A DNA stretch of 64,000 bases, from NCBI RefSeq assembly GCF_004765795.1, contig NZ_SBIV01000005.1, forward strand, positions 124,001 to 188,000, given 5' to 3'. How positions within the stretch are numbered: the stretch's first letter is position 1; each line of letters opens with the position of its first letter. This DNA is from Halorussus marinus. GTDB taxonomy: Archaea; Halobacteriota; Halobacteria; Halobacteriales; Haladaptataceae. Below the pieces are notes generated by a model that searched no databases, was not told where the DNA came from, and saw only the letters and a program-made list of their open reading frames with translations. Below are positions 8,528-17,413 of this stretch, one piece after another. The translations under genes were made by a program, and so were the position numbers.

Positions 8528-9811
8528 ATGAGCGACGACACCGACGACGAGGCGCTCTACCCGAACCGCGGCCGAGCGACGCGACCGACCGGGGTGTCCC
8601 GACGACGGCTCCTCTCGGGGTCGGCGGCCGCCGGCGCGGCGGTGACGGCGGGCTGTATGGGCTCTACGACCGACGATTCGGGCGGCGACGGCGACGCCGA
8701 GGGGACGATCTTCGTGTTCAACACAGACGAGAAGACGGTCAGCGTCATCGACGCCGCGACCCACGAGGTGGTCGCGACGCCCCACCTCGGCGCGACCGCA
8801 TCGTTCCCCTCGAACCAGTACGCGCCGGGGCTGACCGACGAGCCGACCGACCCGCTGTGGCTCAACGTCGACCGGGGCGTGCGGGCGATCGAGGTTGGCT
8901 CGCTCTCGTCGGTCGCCGCGGTCGAGACCGGCTCGGGCGCCAACTGGCAGGAGCTGACTCCCGACGGCGCCCACCTCGTGGTGAGCGCCCGGGAGCCGGC
9001 CCACACCCAGTACCGCATCGACGCCGACCGCGAGTCGAGGTCGTTCGGCGAGGTCACCGCCGAGATCGACCGGGCCGACGAGGGCGGAATCGGCGACCGG
9101 GACGGCCCCGGTCCCTGCGACGTGACGATCCACCCCGACGGCGCGTACGCCTACGTCCCCGACATCTTCGGCGACACCCTCTCGGTGATCGACGTCGAGG
9201 CGTTCGAACTCGCCGAACAGGTCGCGGTGTCGCCGACCGACGGCGCCGACGCCGCCCGGCCGTGGATGGGGACCGCGGCCCCCGACGGCGAGACCCTGCT
9301 CGTCGAGCACGACGAAGGTGCGACCGGGACCGAGAGCGTCTGGGACGTGAGCGACCCGGCCGCCCCCGTCGAGCGCGCTCGGCTGACCGCCGACGACGGG
9401 CTCGGTCGCCGGCCGCTCACCAGCGAGATCGGCCCCGACTCGGCGTTCGGCTACGTGTTCACCCCCGGCTCGAACGACGTCACGGTGCTCGACCTCGACG
9501 CCGGGACGGTGGCCGACCGACTCGACGTCGGCGGGTCGGCGTTCGTCGGGACGTGGGGTCCGAGCCGCGAGCGCCTCTACGCCCCCGTCCAGACGGCCGA
9601 CGAGGTGGCGGTGATCGACCACGCCGACCGCGAGGTCGTCGAGACGATCCCGGTCGGCTCCAGGCCCTACGGCGCGACCGCCGCGACGGCCCGGCCCGAC
9701 GGCGACGCCGCGGCGAACGTCCGGGGTACGATGGCGTCGCTCGGGATCGACCTCGACGACGGCGGGACGACCTACTGCATCGGTAACTGCGCGTGTGGCC
9801 ACCGGCTGTGA
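8528..9811 (+). CDS. Tat lipoprotein, YncE/YVTN-type beta-propeller
   Basis: SRRRLL twin-arginine, TAGC lipobox, repeated DTLSVID/NDVTVLD/DEVAVID blades, VGSRPYG. Confidence 0.82.
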   Translation: MSDDTDDEALYPNRGRATRPTGVSRRRLLSGSAAAGAAVTAGCMGSTTDDSGGDGDAEGTIFVFNTDEKTVSVIDAATHEVVATPHLGATASFPSNQYAPGLTDEPTDPLWLNVDRGVRAIEVGSLSSVAAVETGSGANWQELTPDGAHLVVSAREPAHTQYRIDADRESRSFGEVTAEIDRADEGGIGDRDGPGPCDVTIHPDGAYAYVPDIFGDTLSVIDVEAFELAEQVAVSPTDGADAARPWMGTAAPDGETLLVEHDEGATGTESVWDVSDPAAPVERARLTADDGLGRRPLTSEIGPDSAFGYVFTPGSNDVTVLDLDAGTVADRLDVGGSAFVGTWGPSRERLYAPVQTADEVAVIDHADREVVETIPVGSRPYGATAATARPDGDAAANVRGTMASLGIDLDDGGTTYCIGNCACGHRL

Positions 9812-9907
9812 TCGCCGGCCGTTCTCCCACTCGCCCTCGCCCGCGCGAACGAGCCCGCTCTCCCGGTGCCCGGAGGGTTATGCGTTCGGGCGTGGTACCG
9901 TCGACCG

Positions 9908-10591
9908 ATGACGTTCGACTCCGACGCCGTGAGGACGGTCACGTTCGACTCTTACAGCACGCTGGTCGACGTCGACGCGGCCGAGCGCGCGCTCGACGCT
10001 CGCGTCGAGGACCCCGAACCGGTCTCGAAGCTGTGGCGCTCGCGCTCGCTCGAGTACACCTTCGTCGCCAACCACGTCGACGCCTACCAGCCGTTCTACG
10101 AGATGAACCGCGACGCCCTCCAGTACGCGCTCGACGCCCACGGCGTCGACCTCCCGCCCGACGAGCGCGACGAGATACTCGCGGTGTACCACGAACTCGA
10201 CGTGTTCGACGACGTCCGAGACGGTATCGAGCGACTCCGCGACGCCGGCTACGACTGCTACGTCGTCTCGAACGGGAACCCCGAGATGCTGTCCTCGATG
10301 GTCGAACACGCGGGACTCGGCGACCTGCTCGCCGACACCATCAGCGCCGACGAGGTCCGGACGTTCAAGCCCGACGCGGCGCTCTACCGCCACGCGGCCG
10401 GCCGGACCGGGACCCCGATCGACGAGATCGCCCACGTCACCGCCGGGTGGTTCGACGTTCTCGGCGCCAAACACGCCGGCATGCAGGGAGTCTGGGCCGA
10501 CCGGAAGGGATCGCCGTGGGAGCCGTTCGACGGCCGGCCCGACCTCGTCATCGAGACGTTCCACGATCTCGCCGACGAACTCGGCGCCTGA
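9908..10591 (+). CDS. haloacid dehalogenase type II (HAD)
   Basis: FDSYSTLVD, SNGN, FKPD, WFDVLGA. Confidence 0.88.
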   Translation: MTFDSDAVRTVTFDSYSTLVDVDAAERALDARVEDPEPVSKLWRSRSLEYTFVANHVDAYQPFYEMNRDALQYALDAHGVDLPPDERDEILAVYHELDVFDDVRDGIERLRDAGYDCYVVSNGNPEMLSSMVEHAGLGDLLADTISADEVRTFKPDAALYRHAAGRTGTPIDEIAHVTAGWFDVLGAKHAGMQGVWADRKGSPWEPFDGRPDLVIETFHDLADELGA

Positions 10592-10694
10592 CGCCGGCGG
10601 CTCTCGCGATCGAGACCGACCGTCTGGCGGGCCCGGTCGGGCGTCGCGACCGGACGGCTCCGGGAGTCGGCGTTCGGGGCCACTCGCGGCCCGG

Positions 10695-11507
10695 TCAGTC
10701 GTCGGCGGGCGCGGCGGCTTCGGCGCCCGTCCGCGTCGCTACCGTCCGTTCGTTCTCGGCGACCCACCGCAGGAGCAGGAACGAGAACACGTACTTCGCG
10801 AACACGTCGAGAAGCGAGTACCCCCACGAGGTGACCCCGACCGACTCGATCAGGGCGAACCCCTCGATGCCGACGGCCCAGATGATCGGATAGCCGAGCC
10901 ACAACACGAGCGTCAGCGCCCGAAGCGTCCCGAATATCTCGTCGGTTCCCGCCTCGGTCGCCGACGCGGGCCACTCGCTGGCAAGCGCGTAGATGACCAC
11001 CACGAAGAACGCGCAACTGATGAGGTAGAACACCCACCGAAACAGGTACGAGGAGGTCGTGAGAGCGGCCGCGAGCCCGGTCACGCACATCCCGATGTCG
11101 GCCGCGACGACGGTGAACAGGCTCCCGGTGTCGACGTCCGCGAGCAGGCCGAGCGCGAGCAGGATCATCGGCGTCGAGAGCGCCCACGTCAGATACCGTC
11201 CCCACTGGCTCATGACCTCCTCTCCGGCCAGCGCGTGGCCCGCCGGCATCTCGACGAACCCGACTGTCAGTCCCGAGAGCAGGCCGACGTAGCTCGAAAT
11301 CGACACCAGCGGGATCATGAGCGTCGCGCTCCAGATGAGCCGCGCGCGCCGATCGACGACGTTCCGTCCCATGTACACGAACAGCAGGATCGCGACGCCC
11401 GCGAGCGCGATGTTGATCCACAGCGACGAACTCAACAGGACGTCGTCCTGTATCTGCGAGTACGCGTCCGCCTGTGACACCTGAAACAGCATCTCGAACG
11501 AAGCCAT
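10695..11507 (-). CDS. hop: halorhodopsin (light-driven chloride pump)
   Basis: 7 TM; WGRYLTWALSTPMILLA with the T-S-A motif; LDVFAKY retinal lysine; MPAGH loop. Confidence 0.95.
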   Translation of the reverse strand: MASFEMLFQVSQADAYSQIQDDVLLSSSLWINIALAGVAILLFVYMGRNVVDRRARLIWSATLMIPLVSISSYVGLLSGLTVGFVEMPAGHALAGEEVMSQWGRYLTWALSTPMILLALGLLADVDTGSLFTVVAADIGMCVTGLAAALTTSSYLFRWVFYLISCAFFVVVIYALASEWPASATEAGTDEIFGTLRALTLVLWLGYPIIWAVGIEGFALIESVGVTSWGYSLLDVFAKYVFSFLLLRWVAENERTVATRTGAEAAAPADD

Positions 11508-11582
11508 GCTAACTCCCCCCATGTTCGAGTGTTAGTTCTCCTACCATAAATAAGTAGAATCGCGCGGTTCCCGGCGCCGGCT

Positions 11583-12089
11583 CTACGGGACCTCTCCCGG
11601 CGTCGAGCCCCGAGTCCACTCGCCCGTCTCCGTCCCGCACGCCGCGCAGATCGCGACCACCGCCTCGTCGCTCGACGACGCTCCGGCGCGCCGCGTGAGA
11701 TCGTGGTCGGTCCGCTCGCCACACTCCGGGCACTCGCGAAGGGTCGTCTGCTCGCCGTACGAGAGGGGCGCGCCGAGCGCGAGCGCGACCACTCGCTCGT
11801 CGCCGCGGTTCCAGCCTCGCTGGAGTTCGCCCGGCGGGAACCGGACGATCTCGCCGGCCTCGACCGCGATGTCGCCCGATTCGGTCTCGAAGGTGGCGGT
11901 CCCCGACTGGACGTAGAACAGTTCCTCTTGGATCTCGTGGCTGTGGTACGCGAAGGCGAAGCTGTCGCCGGGTTCGAGTTCGTAGTAGTTGATCGCGAGG
12001 TCGGTCGCGCCGAGCGGTTCGGTCAGGCCTCGCATCACCGCGGCGGGCTGGACGTCGTTGTCGACGTCGTCGATCCGGACTTTCTCCAT
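11583..12089 (-). CDS. cupin-domain protein with C-terminal zinc ribbon
   Basis: YHSHEIQEELFYVQSG cupin motif; CPEC...CAAC. Confidence 0.85.
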   Translation of the reverse strand: MEKVRIDDVDNDVQPAAVMRGLTEPLGATDLAINYYELEPGDSFAFAYHSHEIQEELFYVQSGTATFETESGDIAVEAGEIVRFPPGELQRGWNRGDERVVALALGAPLSYGEQTTLRECPECGERTDHDLTRRAGASSSDEAVVAICAACGTETGEWTRGSTPGEVP

Positions 12090-12191
12090 ACCCTCCGTGG
12101 TGGGCGGGGGATGAAAAAGCCGACCCCGGCGCGTCCCGACTCCGGGCGAGCGCTTCGACGCCGATCGGGGCGCCGAGAGGTGACCGACGCG

Positions 12192-13625
12192 TCAGTGGTG
12201 GTGATGGTGGTGGTCGTCGCCTCCGCGGGAGAACTGCCCCGCGAACGCGCGCTGGACGATCTCGGGGAGCGCGGGGTGGACGTGGACCGATTCGCGGATG
12301 TCCCCGACGGTCCCGGACCCGGCTTTCATCGCCACCACGACCTCCTGAATCAGGGCCGAGGCGTCGGGTCCGAGGATGTGACACCCCAGAATCTCGGCGT
12401 CGAGGTCGACGATCGCCTTCACGAACCCCTCGGCGTGCATCGCGTCGCCTCGGGCGGTCTCCTCGTACCGGTAGGTGTTCGTCGCGTACTCGCGGTCGGC
12501 CGCCCGGAGGTCGGCCTCGCGGGCGCCGACGCCGGCGACCTCCGGCGATCCGAACACCGCGAACGGCATCGCGTCGTAGTCGACCGGTTCGAGCCCCTCG
12601 CCAAACGCGTTCCGGGCGACCGCCCGGGCCTCGTGGTTGGCGGCGTGTTTCAGGAGGTACTCGCCGACGATGTCCCCGAGCGCCCACACGCCGTCGGCGG
12701 TGGTCCGCAGGTACTCGTCGGTCTCGACGAAGCCGTCGGCGTCGGTCTCGACCCCCGCGGCGTCGAGGTTCAGGGTGTCGGAGTTCGGGCGCCGTCCCGC
12801 CGCGACTAGCAGTTCGTCGCCGGTGACGGTCACGGTCGCGGCGTCCTCCTCGACCGTCCCCTCGTCCGAGTACGGGTCGGCCTCGACGGTGAGTCGGCCG
12901 TCGGCCTCCGAGACCGCGGTCGCTTCGTACCCGGTGTGGACCTCGAAGCGGTCCCGGTACCGGTCGGTGAACGCCTCGGCGACCGCCTCGTCGGCCGCCG
13001 GGAGCAGATTCGGCCGTCGGCCGACGACCGCGACCTCGCTCCCGAACGTCCCGAAGAAGTGGCTCAACTCCGCCGCGATGTACCCGCCGCCGACCACGAC
13101 GAGGCGGTTCGGGGGCGATTCGAGTCGGAGGGCCTCTCTGCTGGTGAGATACTCGACCGCATCGATCCCGTCGATCGGCGGGATCGCGGGTCTGGAGCCG
13201 GCCGCGATCAGCACGGTGTCGGCCCGGAGCCGGGCGCCGTCGTCGTCACCGCCCGAGATCTCGACCGTCCGTTCGCCCACAAATCGGGCCTCGCCGTCGT
13301 ACAGGTCGTGGCGCGACGACGATTCCAGCCCCCCGCGAATCGATTCGGCGTCGGTTCGGACGTCCTCGGTGACCGTCCGGACGATGTCGGCGAACGCCAC
13401 GTCGGTGATCTCCGCCGAGATACCGAACTCCTCGGCGCGTTCGATCGTCTCGACCACGTCGGCGCGGTAGAGCAACTGCTTCGACGGGATACACCCCCGA
13501 TTCAGACAGGTCCCGCCGAGTCGGCCCTTCTCGACCACCGCGACCGACTCCCCTCGGTCGGCCGCCACGTTCGCCACGTCGAGCCCCGACCCCGAACCGA
13601 CGACGAGAAAATCGTACTCCTCCAT
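12192..13625 (-). CDS. pyridine nucleotide-disulfide oxidoreductase (dihydrolipoamide dehydrogenase/mycothione reductase-like)
   Basis: VGSGSG, GGTCLNRGCIPSK, GGGYIAAE, HVHPALPE; ends in HHHHHH. Confidence 0.9.
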   Translation of the reverse strand: MEEYDFLVVGSGSGLDVANVAADRGESVAVVEKGRLGGTCLNRGCIPSKQLLYRADVVETIERAEEFGISAEITDVAFADIVRTVTEDVRTDAESIRGGLESSSRHDLYDGEARFVGERTVEISGGDDDGARLRADTVLIAAGSRPAIPPIDGIDAVEYLTSREALRLESPPNRLVVVGGGYIAAELSHFFGTFGSEVAVVGRRPNLLPAADEAVAEAFTDRYRDRFEVHTGYEATAVSEADGRLTVEADPYSDEGTVEEDAATVTVTGDELLVAAGRRPNSDTLNLDAAGVETDADGFVETDEYLRTTADGVWALGDIVGEYLLKHAANHEARAVARNAFGEGLEPVDYDAMPFAVFGSPEVAGVGAREADLRAADREYATNTYRYEETARGDAMHAEGFVKAIVDLDAEILGCHILGPDASALIQEVVVAMKAGSGTVGDIRESVHVHPALPEIVQRAFAGQFSRGGDDHHHHHH

Positions 13626-13965
13626 ACGGCCCGTACCGCGCCGACGGTGATGAACGCTGTTGCCGCCCACGCCCGTCCAGATCGACGGTCTCCGGGCGAT
13701 CGTGCGCCGCCGTCGGTCGATCGCGAGTCACGCTCCGGTAAGTTCTGCTTACCATCGGGACACGGCGCCTTACACATAAATAAACTTATAACAACTATCA
13801 ACTCCGGGTCACTCGAAACATCCGGCAAGTATCGGTGTATGGCTAAGAGTAAATGCAGTAGGTTGTGAACTAATGGCATAGATACTATAACGCTGTAAAC
13901 ACGTATGCACGGTTCAATTAGGGCGCGGATACGGCGAGACGGCGGGGCGCTCGATCGGGTGGGCC

Positions 13966-15591
13966 ATGTCCTCTGATTCGCCTCGGAACGGGACGGATCC
14001 GACTATCTCGAAGTCGGAGCTGCTCGCGGAGCTCCGGCGTCTGGCCGACGAGCTCGATACGTCGCCGAGCGTCGATCAGATGGACGAACACGGCGCGTAC
14101 TCCTCGCGGACGTACCGCAAGCGCTTCGACTCCTGGAACGAGGCGAAAGCCGAGGCGGGCATCGAGCCGACCCGGACCGTCCGGTACTCGAAAGCGGAGT
14201 TGCTCGACCGACTGTGCGCGTTCGGCGACGAGATCGACGCCACGCCGTCGAAGGCCCAGATGCGAGAATACGGCCCTCACGCGCCGTCGACGTACGCCTC
14301 CCGGTTCGGATCGTGGACCGCGGCGCTCGAAGCCGCGGGCTTCGAACCCGAGACGGCCGCCACCGGCATCTCGGTGGAGGACCTCTTGGCCGACCTCCGA
14401 CGGGTCGCCGACCGACTCGACCGCCGGCCCACCTCCGAGGAGTACGACGAGCACGGTCGGTTCAGCGACTCGACGTACTTCCGGCGGTTCGACTCGTGGG
14501 ACGACGCGCTCGAACGGGCCGGCGTCGCCGATCGGTACGAGTCGGCGCCGTCGACCCAGCACGCGACCGCGGAACTCCTCGAAGAGCTCTCGCGGCTCGG
14601 CGAAGTGCTTGGCCGGGCCCCGACCCACACCGAGATGGAACGGCTCGGCGAGTACAGTCCCGGGACCTATCGCCGACGCTTCGGGTCGTGGCGCGACGCC
14701 CTCGCGGAGGCCGGCTTCGATCCGGACGCCGGCGAGCGAGCCACGGCGAAACGCCGGATCTCCGAGGAGCTGTTGCTCGCGGAGATTCGTCGGCTCGCCG
14801 ACGAGAACGGCCGGCCGCCGACCTATCAGGAGGTCGAGTCCGACGGACGCTACGCCGGCGCGACGTACCTCGATCGGTTCGGAACGTGGAACGACGCGCT
14901 CGAGGCCGCCGGCTACGACCGTCGGACCTCCCGGCGCGAGAAGATCCCGACGCGCGAGCTGGTCCGAGAGCTCCGGGCGCTCGCGGCCGAGGTCGGCTCG
15001 CGGCCGTACCGCAAGACCATGGACGACCGGGGACCCTACTCCGGGATGACCTACTACAACCGCTTCGGGTCGTGGCAGAGCGCCCTCGACGCGGCAGGTC
15101 TCGTCGTCGACGACGGCGTAGCCGTCCTGGTCGCGCGGTGTGACGCGTGTGCGACCCGCCTGCGCGAGCCGGTGGCCGACGTCTCGGCGGCTGACGGCGT
15201 CTTCTGTGATTCGACGTGTTACACCGGCTGGCGACAGCCGGTCGTCCGCGTCGACGCCGACGTGTTCGACGGGACCGACCCCGACGCCCTCGATCGACTG
15301 GCGGCGGCGCTTCGCGACGACGTCCTCGTCTCGGAGGTCCTGTACGCGCTCGACCACGCGCTGTCGTTCTTCGAGAGCGGGTTCGAAGCCGCCGAGTTCC
15401 TGGACCACCGGATCGCGGCCGACGGCGACGCGGTCGCGATCACCCGGTTCGGCGAGACGCCGCCCGAAGAGATTCGATTCGAGCGCTCGACGCTCCGGGC
15501 GCTCGCCGACCGGATCGAGGCGGCTCCCGAAAGCGAGCCCCACGATGCCACACCGGCCGATCCGACGTTGGGTCAGTCCGAGTCCGCTTGA
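13966..15591 (+). CDS. homing-endonuclease-associated repeat protein (6 repeats), zinc motif and unknown C-terminal domain
   Basis: Six ~60-aa repeats ELL..L..L....P......G.....TY..RF(G/D)(S/T)W..A...AG, then CDAC...FCDSTC. Confidence 0.82.
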   Translation: MSSDSPRNGTDPTISKSELLAELRRLADELDTSPSVDQMDEHGAYSSRTYRKRFDSWNEAKAEAGIEPTRTVRYSKAELLDRLCAFGDEIDATPSKAQMREYGPHAPSTYASRFGSWTAALEAAGFEPETAATGISVEDLLADLRRVADRLDRRPTSEEYDEHGRFSDSTYFRRFDSWDDALERAGVADRYESAPSTQHATAELLEELSRLGEVLGRAPTHTEMERLGEYSPGTYRRRFGSWRDALAEAGFDPDAGERATAKRRISEELLLAEIRRLADENGRPPTYQEVESDGRYAGATYLDRFGTWNDALEAAGYDRRTSRREKIPTRELVRELRALAAEVGSRPYRKTMDDRGPYSGMTYYNRFGSWQSALDAAGLVVDDGVAVLVARCDACATRLREPVADVSAADGVFCDSTCYTGWRQPVVRVDADVFDGTDPDALDRLAAALRDDVLVSEVLYALDHALSFFESGFEAAEFLDHRIAADGDAVAITRFGETPPEEIRFERSTLRALADRIEAAPESEPHDATPADPTLGQSESA

Positions 15592-15661
15592 CCCGACCGC
15601 TTTCGGCCGTCCGGGTCGGATCACCGGCGCCCGGACGGTGACCTCGCGTTCGGACCGGTTC

Positions 15662-15707
15662 GGTGGCGATTCGTCTGTTCACCGTCTCGGTGGACGAGTT
15701 CGTCACC
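15662..15707 (+). other. long GU-containing hairpin between convergent genes
   Basis: GGTGGCGA/TCGTCACC, TTCGTC/GACGAG and CACCG/CGGTG stems around a TCT loop. Confidence 0.4.
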
Positions 15708-15869
15708 CGCCCTTTCGGGAGCGATCCAAAGCTATCCGATTTAGGATGTCGACGGAAGGGGGGTAGTTGGCGTCCTCGGGCGAGCGTCCGCACTCGGTAG
15801 GATCGCTGATAGGATCGGGACGCGTTGCTACACATCGGAAGCGTCTGGCGCAAATGGCTGTCCACGTAG

Positions 15870-16934
15870 TCAGTCTTTCTCCACGAGCGCGTACAGCTTG
15901 CCCGTATCTGTCCCGACGTACACGGTCCCCGACCCGACTGCCGGCGCTGATCGGACGACGCCGTTGGTGTCGAACGTCCATCGCTCCGTGCCCTCGATAA
16001 AGTTAACCGAGAATATCCGTCCACTTTCGTCCCCGATGTAGATCGCGCCGTGCGTAACCATCCCCGAAATCTGTGATGAGACTTCAGCGGTCAGCTCGTA
16101 CGGCCACGCTCCGTCCTCCTTACTGATGTTGTACAGATTAGTTCCGTCTCCCGCCACGTAGACGTAGCCGTCCATATATATCGGATACTGGTTCGGGACG
16201 TCGATCGCGCGCTCCCAGTCTCGTTGCCCGGTTCTCAAGTTTATCGCGAATACCGACGACTCTGTCGCACCCACCAGCCCCTCCTCCGGCTTCACGTTCG
16301 GCGTGAGTGATACGGGTCCCTCCGTCTCGTGCGTCCACGTTTCGCTTCCCTCACCGGTGTCGACCGCGTAGATGTTTCCTTCGGTGCTCCCGGCGTAGAC
16401 CGTATTCGTAGCTCCGAGGGCTGGCGACGAGTCGATCGAGGCGTCGCCGGAGAACGTCCACCGCTCGGTGCCATCCGTCGCATCGACCGCGTACAATTCC
16501 TTCGCGCCGACGTACACGGTTTTGCCACGCGCTACTGGCGATGACGAAACGGGACCGGCGGTGGAGTACGTCCACTTCTCGTCGCCTGTCTCCGCGTCCA
16601 CCGCGTACAGGGTTCGTTCGGTATCTCCTACAAAGACGGTTTTCTCGCCGATGGCCGGCGTCGACTGTATCGGTCCACCGGTCTCGAACGTCCACTGTTC
16701 GGAGCCCGATTCCACCGCATAGAGCGTACCTGAAGTACTCCCGGCATAGACGGTCGAGTCGGCCGATGCCGGGAACAGTGTCGCGTCGGTGTCGGCCGCG
16801 AACGTCCAGAGGTCGCTACCTCGCCCCGCTAACTCCCGTTGGACGCTCATCAGCGAGGAACACCCGGCGAGTCCCGCTATCCCAGCCGTCCCGAGGGTAC
16901 CGAGATAGGCCCTCCGTGTGTGTTCATTACCCAC
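15870..16934 (-). CDS. Tat lipoprotein with PQQ-like (BamB-type) beta-propeller repeats
   Basis: TRRAYL, LAGC, repeated LYAVDAETGDEKWT-type blades. Confidence 0.88.
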   Translation of the reverse strand: MGNEHTRRAYLGTLGTAGIAGLAGCSSLMSVQRELAGRGSDLWTFAADTDATLFPASADSTVYAGSTSGTLYAVESGSEQWTFETGGPIQSTPAIGEKTVFVGDTERTLYAVDAETGDEKWTYSTAGPVSSSPVARGKTVYVGAKELYAVDATDGTERWTFSGDASIDSSPALGATNTVYAGSTEGNIYAVDTGEGSETWTHETEGPVSLTPNVKPEEGLVGATESSVFAINLRTGQRDWERAIDVPNQYPIYMDGYVYVAGDGTNLYNISKEDGAWPYELTAEVSSQISGMVTHGAIYIGDESGRIFSVNFIEGTERWTFDTNGVVRSAPAVGSGTVYVGTDTGKLYALVEKD

Positions 16935-17413
16935 AAATATCGAAATACGTTAGTATCCGATATGAATTTCGAAACACTCCACGCGCCCGCGTACTCGATC
17001 TCTACGAGGACACCGAGGCTTCGGCCAGGGACAAGACGCGATCGCCGGATCTGTCTGGTCGAGTGGAGTCGCTCGGAGGACGAACACCCCGATCAGTCCG
17101 GCGACCCGAGGTACGTCCTCGCACGGCGAGTCGGTCGATCTGGGCGGTGTAGACTCGCCGATGTCGAACGAGCCCTGTTGTGATCCCGAACTGCCAATTT
17201 CTGGCTCGAACTCGGGGGTATTTTGTATAGCAATATTTGATTTATAGATTCTCGCGCGCAGAACCCGCGTCAGGCTTGGAGTTGAGGTGACTCTACCAGT
17301 CACCCAAACATCAAGACTTATACGATCGCTGAGTAAACGGCCCTACTGTCCGAGTATGAACGGCTTGAAATCGGTGTTCGACACGGCGACCGTCCTTCCC
17401 CCGGCAATCCGGC

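Noticed and set aside
8325..8531. Short ORF ending MTDDSTPR with ATGA overlap to the propeller gene
   Set aside because: No convincing start or motif; cannot be supported.
7646..9802. 718-aa minus-strand ORF
   Set aside because: The upstream part is antisense to the propeller gene; the real start is 8284.
13891..13916. TGTAAACACGTATGCACGGTTC resembling the parA hexamers
   Set aside because: Units are 8 bp apart rather than 6 and the site is far from parA; could be chance.
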